Shown here piece by piece: positions 24,104 through 33,340 of a stretch of DNA of 64,000 bases; the first letter of the stretch is position 1, and every line of letters starts with the position of its first letter. The notes below the pieces were generated by a model, which saw nothing but the letters and a program-made list of their open reading frames with translations, was not told the DNA's origin and made no database searches. This DNA comes from an uncultured Desulfobulbaceae bacterium. Its GTDB lineage: Bacteria; Desulfobacterota; Desulfobulbia; Desulfobulbales; BM004. The position numbers and the translations under genes were made by a program. Location: assembly GCA_947259115.1 (NCBI GenBank), contig CAMYKS010000005.1:410-64409 (forward strand), given 5' to 3'.

Positions 24104-24141
24104 TTTTCCGGAAAACTTTTCCGGATTCCTGGAATCCGGAA
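24104..24141. promoter_or_regulatory. Palindromic upstream site (candidate enhancer/activator binding site)
   Basis: TTTTCCGGAAAA (24104-15) is a 12-bp palindrome. TTCCGGATTCCTGGAATCCGGAA (24119-41) is a perfect 23-bp palindrome. The site begins 82 nt beyond the sigma-54 element. The intervening AT-rich DNA contains AATCAATTGTTTA, which fits the IHF pattern WATCAANNNNTTR. Confidence 0.6.
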
Positions 24142-24716
24142 AAATGGGCTAACCTTAAGTCGGTGGCAATTTGCCATGTCGCGCTTATGCATACTACAAA
24201 GGCGTTTTAAGATTCCGGAAAAACGGAAAACGGGAATGGCAATTGATTGCCGGCTGCCCCCACAGTCCGGGAAATGACAAGATATGCAACTTGAAGATGC
24301 GAACCCACTTATTAGTACTGCAGAAAAAAACGCGCACCAGGAGCTAAAAGGCTCAAAATAATAAGTACACCAGGCACATCATTCTGCGGGGTGATGTCAT
24401 AATCCGCAACGATAAAAGCTATGCGATGCGGTCGGAGGCGCTTGAATATTTTACGATTTATAAAACTCAGAACAAATTCAGCAGTTCATATTCAAGGAAG
24501 CGATATGAAACCAAGAAGCAGGCTTTTGCCCTATGATGCATTGACAGGACATATACAGCCTTGAAAAAAATGTTGCATGAATGTCTTTTGATTTCAGGGG
24601 CAGATTAATGACACGGAGAGCTATGATTATCAACACCGTAAACCCCTTACGCATAATGACACTGGAGGAATTATGCTTTCCAGATGAGAGACTGCAAAGA
24701 CTGCTAAACAAAAAAA

Positions 24717-24744
24717 GAGGCAGGGCCTTTTCCGACCCTGCCTC
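24717..24744. terminator. Rho-independent terminator after PEP-CTERM gene 2
   Basis: GAGGCAGGG-ccttttccga-CCCTGCCTC is a 9-bp stem flanked by A7 and T7 runs, 24 nt beyond the stop at 24768. Confidence 0.8.
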
Positions 24745-24767
24745 TTTTTTTGTTTTGTTAAGTAAAA

Positions 24768-25553
24768 TTACGCCCGATTTTTCCTTCTTCTTCTTAAAGC
24801 TCCGGCAGCACCGACCAGACCTGTTCCGAGCAGGAGCATGGTGGCAGGCTCGGGAATAGGATCAATAGGATCTGGGATATCGACTACGGTCACCGGTTCG
24901 CTGTCATAAAGTGTGAGATGTGACAAGTTCTTACCTGAAGGCGTTGTCCAGTCACCGGATGATACAACGAGTGCCTCGTCAAGGCAAGCGACATTAAAAG
25001 GATCTGACGGATCACAGGGGCCCATCATACCTATTAGATCAGCGTCCTCGACTTCCCAAAACAATTTAAAGCCGTTGCCTGCCTTTGCTGCCCAATATTT
25101 TACCCCGGGGTCATGCATAGCAGGATCAAATGTCTCGCCGTCACCCGGTGCTTCACCGGGCGTGGGTGTGTTGTGCCACGTGCCGCTGATATTTAAGTCC
25201 TGTTCCTCCCCAGGTTCGGGGGGAGGACCGTTGACAAGATCCGAGAAAGTAAATTCCGAACCATCGACCGCTCCGAAGTAGCCGTTTATTTCATTGACAC
25301 TCAAGTCTGTGTTAAATTTAATGATTACCGGCGACAGTTCGAGGGTCTGGCCATTATCAGGATCATCCCAAATCTGGCAGGAACCAAACCCCTGCCCGAA
25401 AAATCCAGAACAATCGTTTCCGGCCAAGTCTGCTATCATGATCGGATTTGCCGAAACCGATTGCGCGCTTAGTGCCAGAAACAAAATACTAAACGCGGCA
25501 ACGCCAATTGCCCTACATCTGTTTTTATGATGCATAGTGTTTTTCTTTTTCAT
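24768..25553 (-). CDS. PEP-CTERM sorting-domain protein
   Basis: Signal peptide (AFSILFLALSAQSVSA). C-terminus PIPEPATMLLLGTGLVGAAGALRRRRKNRA. The body is unrelated to gene 1. Confidence 0.85.
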   Translation of the reverse strand: MKKKNTMHHKNRCRAIGVAAFSILFLALSAQSVSANPIMIADLAGNDCSGFFGQGFGSCQIWDDPDNGQTLELSPVIIKFNTDLSVNEINGYFGAVDGSEFTFSDLVNGPPPEPGEEQDLNISGTWHNTPTPGEAPGDGETFDPAMHDPGVKYWAAKAGNGFKLFWEVEDADLIGMMGPCDPSDPFNVACLDEALVVSSGDWTTPSGKNLSHLTLYDSEPVTVVDIPDPIDPIPEPATMLLLGTGLVGAAGALRRRRKNRA

Positions 25554-25635
25554 AATTGGGGCCTCAATGTTAAAATTTCTAAATACACTAAATAGTAATT
25601 ATGTTTTCTTATCTTAAAATCTTTTATTATTTACA

Positions 25636-25651
25636 TGCAAAAATCACACCA
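25636..25651 (-). promoter_or_regulatory. Sigma-54 promoter of PEP-CTERM gene 2
   Basis: The minus strand reads TGGTGTGATTTTTGCA. It lies 83-98 nt upstream of the ATG at 25553. Confidence 0.65.
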
Positions 25652-25732
25652 TTTTCATACACTTTTTGCCCCTTAATGATAACAGGGACTTAAGGTGAGC
25701 CTCTATGCAACATGGGGATTACCAGGGGTGTA

Positions 25733-25771
25733 TTTTCCGGAAAAAAGTTTCCGGATTCCAGGAATCCGGAA
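25733..25771. promoter_or_regulatory. Palindromic upstream site, second copy
   Basis: TTTTCCGGAAAA (25733-44) and TTCCGGATTCCAGGAATCCGGAA (25749-71). As at gene 1, the site begins exactly 82 nt beyond the sigma-54 element. Confidence 0.6.
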
Positions 25772-25950
25772 GAAAAAAGGACAGCCTGCGACCTCTTCTG
25801 CTTGTTAGGAACACATCGCGTTCCAAATAACAATGCTGACTGTGTTAAAACGCAAGGGGGGGCTGCCCGACCCAGGAAAAATTAACACACATAGAGACAA
25901 GATAGATATTATTACACCAGGCCGAAACTATTTTCATGTAACAGTGCCAG

Positions 25951-25977
25951 AAAAAAGGGGGCAATAACCAGGCCCCC
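25951..25977 (-). terminator. Rho-independent terminator of the hemerythrin/DUF438 gene
   Basis: The minus-strand RNA reads GGGGGC-cugguuauu-GCCCCC followed by UUUUUU. Confidence 0.75.
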
Positions 25978-26001
25978 TTCCTGCTTCAAATATGAAAAAA
26001 A

Positions 26002-26961
26002 TCAGTAGAGCAACCTTTTTTCACCTTCAATCTTCTGGATGGCACCGATGGCCTGGGTCACCTCAAGGACCCCCATATATTCCCCGGCTTCACTGTAAAC
26101 GGGGTAATAGCGGATCAGGATCTTGTCATCCCGGAAGTCGATCCAGAATTCAGCATGGTCCATGGAACGGTCCTTGAATCCGGTCACGATCTGCTTCACC
26201 GTATCCACACTTTTTTCCGGGTGGCATTTTTCCACCTTGCGCCCGATAACAGAGCGGGTCCGTGGAAAAAGCTTGGTTTTGTCCAGCTTATTGAAATAGG
26301 CCACCGTGTCTTCCGCATCCACAAAGGTAACCTCAAAGGGCAGGGTCTCCATGATCGCATCGATCTGCTCATAGGACAGGTTGCGGATGAGACGCTTTTT
26401 GGCTTCGCTGTCTTTTTCGACCTCGGCCAGCATCTGGGCGTAGTGCTCTCTGGCTGTATCTCCATATGTCTGCCGGTCCAGGGTCTTAAAATCATGCAGG
26501 AGCGAGGCGTTCTCCTCATCGCTGAAAACCTTGCGGCCCATACCATACAGGACATCATTTTCCTTCCAGATATGCTCGGCCCGAATGGTAAGGTACTCGA
26601 ACCCTTCGGCAGCAAATTTCTGGCGCCCGGCAGCCGTTGCTTCAGCAAGATTTGGCAGCTCAGCCATCATCCTCTGCAGGAGTTTTCTTTCCGCATCATG
26701 CTCCATGAGCATGACACCTATGGGCCCGCCTTCCACGGGCAGCCCCTTTTGCCCCATGAGGGGAAAGAGGAATCTTTCCTCCTTGGTATTATGCATCTTA
26801 TCGCCGAACTCCATGAGAAAATCCAGAGCCCGCTGCATCTGCAAAGGGGCCTTGACAGCCTCGTCAATCTTTTCCAGGTTGCTTTTCAAAACAGCCATGG
26901 CCCGCTCGATCATCTCGTGCTCTGCCACCAGAAAATCATCCCATCTTGTGTAGTTTTCCAT
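26002..26961 (-). CDS. Hemerythrin-like / DUF438 / PAS-like protein
   Basis: Start moved to MENYTRWDDF. Hemerythrin-type His/Glu repeats (HEMIERAM, HNTKEERFLFP, MLMEHDAERKLL, RAEHIWKEND). The following segment, LPFEVTFVDAEDTVAYFNK...RSVIGRKVEKCHPEKSVDTV, I recognise as DUF438 plus a PAS-like end. Confidence 0.65.
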   Translation of the reverse strand: MENYTRWDDFLVAEHEMIERAMAVLKSNLEKIDEAVKAPLQMQRALDFLMEFGDKMHNTKEERFLFPLMGQKGLPVEGGPIGVMLMEHDAERKLLQRMMAELPNLAEATAAGRQKFAAEGFEYLTIRAEHIWKENDVLYGMGRKVFSDEENASLLHDFKTLDRQTYGDTAREHYAQMLAEVEKDSEAKKRLIRNLSYEQIDAIMETLPFEVTFVDAEDTVAYFNKLDKTKLFPRTRSVIGRKVEKCHPEKSVDTVKQIVTGFKDRSMDHAEFWIDFRDDKILIRYYPVYSEAGEYMGVLEVTQAIGAIQKIEGEKRLLY

Positions 26962-27187
26962 TATGCGCCTCCCGCAGGTTAAAATCTCATATAAAAAATA
27001 GAGCCACCCGGAATACACAGGTGCAGGTAATTACCTCAAAATAGCTTATAGCTACTTGTAAAAATTACATCCACTGGTATAGTTCCGGATGGATGCCGGC
27101 AAAGCCATTGGCCGGCCTTGCATTTTCTTTTATTATACAGGCCGCAGGCTACACAAATCCTTGACCTGGGTCAACCCGGCATACAAT

Positions 27188-27376
27188 TCATTCTTCTTCA
27201 TAGATGCAGGAAACTGGGCAGCTGTCAATGGCCTCCTCAATCAGGTCTTGCGGCCCGTCATCCGGCATGATGACCTTTGCCTTTTCTATATCGGCATTGA
27301 GTTTGAACACTTCAGGACAGATCTCTTCACAGGTTCCGCACCCGATACACTCATCCTCGTCAATACGTACAGACAT
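27188..27376 (-). CDS. Small ferredoxin (single [3Fe/4Fe-4S] type)
   Basis: MSVRIDEDECIGCGTCEEICPEVF...DSCPVSCIYEEE; GGGAGG lies upstream of the internal Met. Confidence 0.8.
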   Translation of the reverse strand: MSVRIDEDECIGCGTCEEICPEVFKLNADIEKAKVIMPDDGPQDLIEEAIDSCPVSCIYEEE

Positions 27377-27442
27377 AAACAAACCTCCCAATAAAATTAT
27401 TTATGTATGAATAAAAAAATATTCAAAACTTCATAAACCATT

Positions 27443-28411
27443 TCATGCCGAGAGAAAATAATAAAATATGGTGACCAGAATAATTGAGCCTGTACGGAAC
27501 GCCTGGTTATAGATTATCAGTTCTGCGGCCAGTTTGGGTTGAAAGACACCGGCATAAAAAGGGAACTGATGCCGCACGGCACGCATGGGAGACGACAGGA
27601 CATTGCCCACCATCAGGGCCAGAACAACCTGCCGGGCCTCCAGGCTGCCATTATCAAGCAAAGCGCCTGCAGCTGCAAGCCCGGCGCTAATTTCCGCCGT
27701 AAGCTGCAGGGCCACAACCCCCAGGCTTTCCGGATGCAGCCAGGCAAGAAGTCTTACATGACGGGCCAGCCATGTTTCCAAAAGATTGAACATGCCGAAA
27801 CGATTTAAGACGAAAACCGCAGTATAGATGGGGACGGTGATCACGAGTATGCGCCTGATCCTTTTGCGGAATCGCAACCAGGCCTTACCAAGGGCCTGCC
27901 CCAGAGAGTCGACCCTGTTTTCCTCAAGCCTGCAGCTGACACAATGCTCTTTATGGGCGGGAAGTACTACCCGGCCGACAAACAGAATACAGACCGTGCG
28001 CAGGAATGCGGCAAAAAGGGTCAGCCCCACGTAAATAAAGGCCACACCCTTTATCAGTGGCACTGCAAGAAAAAACATGGTTGGCAGATGCAGGAAATAG
28101 GTGGGCAGGCTGTTAAACAGGTTTGAGAAAATGAGTTCCTGCTTTGTAATTTCCTCCTGTTCATAGGCCTCGGAAAGCATGGTATTTGCCGTTACAGCTG
28201 AAAAAAAAGCCATGGAAAAACTGGCGCCGGTTATATCCGACAAATGGGCTATACGAACCAGCGGCGATGCCAGACGGGCCACACCATGGGTCCAGTTCAG
28301 GGACTCGATCAGGTTGCCGATCATCAGGCCGAGGGAGATAAAAAACACCAGCCTCAGGAGGGGCCAACCCAAGCCCTGCCACAGCATTATGAATAGTTCA
28401 GGCTGTTCCAT
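27443..28411 (-). CDS. Polytopic membrane protein, nucleoside-recognition (Gate) domain-like
   Basis: About 8 hydrophobic helices. The pattern resembles the Gate/FeoB-C-type duplicated membrane domain. Assignment is by resemblance only. Confidence 0.5.
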   Translation of the reverse strand: MEQPELFIMLWQGLGWPLLRLVFFISLGLMIGNLIESLNWTHGVARLASPLVRIAHLSDITGASFSMAFFSAVTANTMLSEAYEQEEITKQELIFSNLFNSLPTYFLHLPTMFFLAVPLIKGVAFIYVGLTLFAAFLRTVCILFVGRVVLPAHKEHCVSCRLEENRVDSLGQALGKAWLRFRKRIRRILVITVPIYTAVFVLNRFGMFNLLETWLARHVRLLAWLHPESLGVVALQLTAEISAGLAAAGALLDNGSLEARQVVLALMVGNVLSSPMRAVRHQFPFYAGVFQPKLAAELIIYNQAFRTGSIILVTIFYYFLSA

Positions 28412-28867
28412 TTTAATGCATCATGATAATCCATTGGACACAAAAGAATGCGCCCGGAGAGTTGCCTAGTTATCTTTCAACTGATACAACAGAGTAATCC
28501 CAAATTAGATGAAAATATATTATTTTTTCTCCCTGGCCGCAAAATAACAGTATGCCTTAATTGCTTGCCTTTATGGCACAACCCAACAAATGACATTACA
28601 TTGAAATAAATTGTCGGCCCCTTAATAAGTCCTGGACCAACAGGCACTATACACTTAATTAGCTGATATCATTAGGTCAGTTGCAGAGCGTGAGACTTTT
28701 CAAGGCAGCTGCAAAAGTTGCACAGAAATAAAGAACCTTGAATTCCCTGCCTCTTTTATGATAGCCTCTTGCACTTTTAAGACCGGGATATTCTTAAATT
28801 CACTGCAACTGAAAACAGAAAACAAAGAATACAGGTTACTTTTTTTCCTTGAAATGAGCATATTATA

Positions 28868-31141
28868 ATGTCGAAATCTCTTATTATAGTTGAATCGCCC
28901 GCTAAGGCGAGAACCCTGAAAAAATACCTGGGCAAGGATTATGATGTCAGGGCCTCGGTAGGTCATATACGGGATCTGCCGGTGAGCAAGCTGGGCGTTG
29001 ATGTAAAGAAGAAATTCTCCCCCCAGTATGTCACAATCAAAGGCAAAAGCAAAATCATCACCGACCTGAAAAAGGCTGCTGCCAAAGCTGATGAGATCTA
29101 TCTGGCGCCTGACCCTGATCGTGAAGGAGAAGCCATTGCCTGGCACATTGCCCATGTATTAAAATCTGCTGATAAACCGATCCATAGAGCCCTGTTCCAT
29201 GAGCTGACCCAGAAAGCCATACGCTCGGCAATTGATAACGCCACCAGCATCGACCAGAATAAGTTCCAGGCCCAGCAGGCCCGCCGCATTCTGGACAGGC
29301 TGGTGGGCTACCAGATATCACCGCTCCTTTGGGAAAAAGTACGAAGAGGCCTTTCTGCCGGCAGGGTACAGTCGGTTGCTGTCAGAATGATATGTGACCG
29401 CGAAAGTGCAATCGACAGCTTCACGCCTGTGGAATACTGGACCATCAGTGTCAAGCTTGAAGGCAAAAACCCCCCGGTATTCATTGCCAAGCTTGATAAG
29501 ATTTCCGGGCGCAAGGCCAAAGTGGATAATGGGGAACAGGCAGCGGCAATTGTCTCAACCCTGAAGAAAGCTGAACATACCGTCAGTGCAGTTGACAAGA
29601 AAGAACGCAAACGCCACGCAAGCCCGCCCTTTATTACCAGCACCCTGCAGCAGGATGCCAATAGAAAGTTGCGTTTCCCGGCCAAAAGGACAATGGGGCT
29701 GGCCCAGAAGCTTTATGAAGGGATCGAGTTGGGAGATAAAGGGCCTGTGGGTTTGATCACCTATATGCGTACCGATTCGACGCGTATCAACAATGAGGCT
29801 CTGACTGAAGTACGCGAGTTTATTAAAAAGGATTACGGGCCGGACCTTCTGCCTCCAAAACCGGTCTTCTATAAAAGCTCCAAGGCATCGCAGGATGCCC
29901 ATGAGGCCATCCGTCCCACCGATGTCACCCTGACACCTGAAAAGGTCGCTCCCTATCTTGACAAGGGGTTGCTGAACCTTTACACCCTGATCTGGAAACG
30001 CTTTGTTGCATCCCAGATGTGCCCTGCCATCTATGATCAAACCACCATCAGCATCAAAGCTGACAAATACCTGCTCAAGGCCCAGGGCGCCATTCTGCGC
30101 TTCAAGGGTTTCATGGCCCTCTATGTTGAATCCAGTGAAGAGAACGGTGATGGCAACGGCAAAGCGGAGGATACAGGTAAGGACAGCGCCATCATTGCAG
30201 ATGTGGCAACCGGAGAAACAGTTAAAGCCCTGAATGTTGACTCAAAACAGAACTTTACCAAACCACCGCCGCGCTATACGGAAGCGACCCTTGTCAAGGC
30301 CCTTGAAGAAAACGGGGTAGGCCGCCCCAGCACCTATGCCGCGATCATCTCCACCATCCAGGATAAGGAATACGTCATGCAGCAGCAGAGAAAATTTGCG
30401 CCGACTGACCTGGGAAAACTGGTCAATGAACTGCTGGTGGCCCATTTCCCTGATATACTGGATATAGAGTTCACCGCATCCATGGAAGAAAATCTGGACA
30501 AGGTTGAAGAGGGATCGAGCAATTGGGTCAACTTATTGCAGGCCTTTTACGACCCTTTTGAGAAAACCCTGTCTGCTGCCAAGCAGGAAATGAAATCTGT
30601 AAAAAAACAGGGCATTCCCACAGGAATTCCATGCAAGCTCTGCGACGGCAGCCTGGTAATCAAGTGGGGCAAAACCGGGGAATTTCTGGCCTGTGAAAAT
30701 TACCCCACCTGCAAGTATACCCAGAACTTCAAAAAAGACGAGAACGGCACAATCATACCCATAGAAAAAGAAGAGCCTGTTGACTCTGGAGAAAAATGTG
30801 AAAAATGCGGCAAGCCCATGGTTTACAAGCAAGGTCGCTTTGGCAGGTTCCTCGCCTGTTCAGGCTATCCGGAATGCAAGCATATCCGGGCCCAGACCAC
30901 CGGCGTTCTATGTCCTGAAGAAAACTGCACGGGTGAACTTGTACAGAAAGTATCCAAAAAAGGAAAAGTTTTCTTCAGCTGCAACATGTTTCCTAAATGC
31001 AAGTTTGCAACCTGGGACCGGCCTGTGCCCCAAAAATGTCCAAGCTGTGATAAGCCGTTTCTCCTTGAAAAAACGACAAAAAAGGGTACTCTTTTGCAAT
31101 GCATTGATAAAGAATGCGGCTATTCAGAGCCTTTGGCATAA
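28868..31141 (+). CDS. topA: DNA topoisomerase I
   Basis: Toprim start MSKSLIIVESPAKARTLKKYLG...VGHIRDLP. Active-site region ITYMRTDS. Several C-terminal Cys4 zinc ribbons (CKLCDGSL...C..C, CEKCGKPM..., CPEENCTG..., CPSCDKPF...). Confidence 0.97.
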   Translation: MSKSLIIVESPAKARTLKKYLGKDYDVRASVGHIRDLPVSKLGVDVKKKFSPQYVTIKGKSKIITDLKKAAAKADEIYLAPDPDREGEAIAWHIAHVLKSADKPIHRALFHELTQKAIRSAIDNATSIDQNKFQAQQARRILDRLVGYQISPLLWEKVRRGLSAGRVQSVAVRMICDRESAIDSFTPVEYWTISVKLEGKNPPVFIAKLDKISGRKAKVDNGEQAAAIVSTLKKAEHTVSAVDKKERKRHASPPFITSTLQQDANRKLRFPAKRTMGLAQKLYEGIELGDKGPVGLITYMRTDSTRINNEALTEVREFIKKDYGPDLLPPKPVFYKSSKASQDAHEAIRPTDVTLTPEKVAPYLDKGLLNLYTLIWKRFVASQMCPAIYDQTTISIKADKYLLKAQGAILRFKGFMALYVESSEENGDGNGKAEDTGKDSAIIADVATGETVKALNVDSKQNFTKPPPRYTEATLVKALEENGVGRPSTYAAIISTIQDKEYVMQQQRKFAPTDLGKLVNELLVAHFPDILDIEFTASMEENLDKVEEGSSNWVNLLQAFYDPFEKTLSAAKQEMKSVKKQGIPTGIPCKLCDGSLVIKWGKTGEFLACENYPTCKYTQNFKKDENGTIIPIEKEEPVDSGEKCEKCGKPMVYKQGRFGRFLACSGYPECKHIRAQTTGVLCPEENCTGELVQKVSKKGKVFFSCNMFPKCKFATWDRPVPQKCPSCDKPFLLEKTTKKGTLLQCIDKECGYSEPLA

Positions 31142-31207
31142 GCATATCACATGAGAAGAGTATTTGTTTCCACTCACCCTAACATAATCCTATACCAACG
31201 ATAAACC

Positions 31208-31582
31208 ATGCAGCAGGTAAAGAAAAAACACCGCAAAAAAAGCAGCAGGGAACTTGCCGAATTTTGTGCCCGGACAGCGTTAGCTAAAAAAGCTGAAGAC
31301 CCTGTCATTCTGGATGTCAGGAATATCTGCTCCTTCACGGATTTTTTCGTTATCATCAGCGGCAGGTCTACCCGTCATGTTCAAGGCCTTGCCGAGACAA
31401 TCGAAGCAGAGCTGCGGAGTAAGAGGCTGTCCACCACCGGTGCTGAGGGTCTTAGGGAAGGAACCTGGGTGCTGCTTGATTACAGCGATGTCGTGGTCCA
31501 CATCTTTTACTCCGAGACGAGAAAGTTTTTTGATATAGAGGGACTTTGGCATGATGCGCCCCGAATTTCCCTGGATGATTAA
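31208..31582 (+). CDS. rsfS: Ribosome silencing factor RsfS (iojap family)
   Basis: EDPVILDVRNICSFTDFFVIISGRSTRHVQG...WVLLDYSDVVVHIF...R.FFDIEGLW. Confidence 0.9.
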   Translation: MQQVKKKHRKKSSRELAEFCARTALAKKAEDPVILDVRNICSFTDFFVIISGRSTRHVQGLAETIEAELRSKRLSTTGAEGLREGTWVLLDYSDVVVHIFYSETRKFFDIEGLWHDAPRISLDD

Positions 31583-31596
31583 CCCATTGATCTGAA

Positions 31597-33147
31597 ATGA
31601 ATACCCCACCCCCCATATTACTGGCTATCCTTGACGGCTGGGGCGTAGGACCTCTGACCGAGGCCAATGCCATACATGTAGCCAGGACCCCGAATATGGA
31701 CCGCTGGCAGAAGAGTTATCCCTATACGACTTTAGTGGCCCATAACGGTGCAGTCGGACTGCCTGAAGGCCAGATGGGCAATTCCGAAGTGGGGCATCTT
31801 AACATCGGTGCAGGCCGCACAGTCTACCAGGACTTCACCCGTATCAATTACGCCATTGAAACTGGCAAGTTCTTTGATAATGATGTTCTCAGGAATACCT
31901 TTGCCAAGGCGGTGAAAAAAAATTCCGCCCTGCATCTCATGGGCCTCATCTCCGACGGCGGGGTCCATAGTCATATGAAACACCTATTTGCGCTGCTCAA
32001 AATGGCTGCCAGCCATGGTCTGACAGAAGTCTATATCCATGCCTTCATGGATGGCAGGGATACACCCCCCACCAGCGGTCTGGACTATATAAGCCAGTTG
32101 CAGCAGGAGCTGGCCGCAAACGGCACAGGCTGCCTGGCCACCATCTCAGGCCGCTACTATGCCATGGATCGTGATAAGCGCTGGGATAGAGTAAAAATTG
32201 CCTGGCGGGCCCTTGTTGACGGCCAGGGTGTTCCGGGACGCGACCCGGTGCAGGCTGTACATGACGCTTATCACCGGGGCGAGACCGATGAATTCATAAA
32301 ACCTGTTGTCCTGCTTGATGAAACCGGGGCTCCCGTTGCAACGGTCAGGGACAATGATGTTGTCCTGATGTTTAATTTCAGGGCCGACCGGGTCCGTGAA
32401 CTGACCCGCATATTTACAGATAAAGACTGGAATGAGTTCAGCCTAACCCACAGGCCTGCTCTGGCAGATTACGTTACCTTTACCCAGTACCACAAGCAGT
32501 TCACCCTGCCCGTTGTTTTTCCTCCTGTCACCATGGACCATATTCTGGCAGAGGAGATCAGCTCTGCCGGCCTCAAGCAACTCCGCATCGCGGAGACCGA
32601 AAAGTATGCCCATGTCACCTATTTTTTTAACGGCGGCCGGGAAGAACCTTTCCCCCTTGAGGACCGGGCCCTGATTCCCTCGCCCAAAGAGGTGGCGACC
32701 TACGACCTGAAACCGGAGATGAGCGCCTACCTGGTTACCGAGGAACTCTTGAGTCGCATGGACAGTGACTCATATTCTCTCATTGTTCTTAATTTTGCCA
32801 ACGGCGATATGGTTGGCCACAGCGGCATAATGAAGGCTGCGGTCCAGGCCTGTGAGGTTGTTGATTCCTGCCTGGGGAAAATAGTGGAAAAATTCACGGA
32901 CCGGGGCGGCATTGTTCTTATCACCGCAGACCACGGCAAAGTCGAGACCATGTGTGATTTGCTATCCCATTGCCCAATTACGGCCCATTCTTCCAATCCG
33001 GTGCCTTTTATCCTGATCAGCGAACAACACAAAGGCGCAAAATTACGCCAGGACGGTTCGCTGCGGGATATCGCCCCCACCATTCTCAGTCTGCAGAATC
33101 TGCCCGTACCGGAAGAGATGACGGGCAAAAGCCTGCTGCTGCCATAA
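31597..33147 (+). CDS. gpmI: 2,3-bisphosphoglycerate-independent phosphoglycerate mutase
   Basis: LLAILDGWG...GNSEVGHLNIGAGR...SDGGVHSH...TADHG; length 516 aa. Confidence 0.95.
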   Translation: MNTPPPILLAILDGWGVGPLTEANAIHVARTPNMDRWQKSYPYTTLVAHNGAVGLPEGQMGNSEVGHLNIGAGRTVYQDFTRINYAIETGKFFDNDVLRNTFAKAVKKNSALHLMGLISDGGVHSHMKHLFALLKMAASHGLTEVYIHAFMDGRDTPPTSGLDYISQLQQELAANGTGCLATISGRYYAMDRDKRWDRVKIAWRALVDGQGVPGRDPVQAVHDAYHRGETDEFIKPVVLLDETGAPVATVRDNDVVLMFNFRADRVRELTRIFTDKDWNEFSLTHRPALADYVTFTQYHKQFTLPVVFPPVTMDHILAEEISSAGLKQLRIAETEKYAHVTYFFNGGREEPFPLEDRALIPSPKEVATYDLKPEMSAYLVTEELLSRMDSDSYSLIVLNFANGDMVGHSGIMKAAVQACEVVDSCLGKIVEKFTDRGGIVLITADHGKVETMCDLLSHCPITAHSSNPVPFILISEQHKGAKLRQDGSLRDIAPTILSLQNLPVPEEMTGKSLLLP

Positions 33148-33340
33148 TCTATATTTTTCACCCTTTTTCAGCGTTTTACCGGACTGGTTATGAATTATCC
33201 GGGTTTAGAGCAACATTCATCGCTGCCTTAAGGGTTGCTTTTTACAGACAGATTCTGCTAAACAGAAACCGGTAGCAGTATTTCATACAGTACAGAACGC
33301 TTTTCTATACAGATTACTTTCACAGTATACCAAGAAAATC

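Noticed and set aside
24150-24767. ORFs 24478..24711 and 24581..24859 in the spacer between the two PEP-CTERM loci
   Set aside because: They overlap each other and the terminator/3' end of gene 2, have no RBS or motifs, and have AT-rich composition typical of non-coding DNA.
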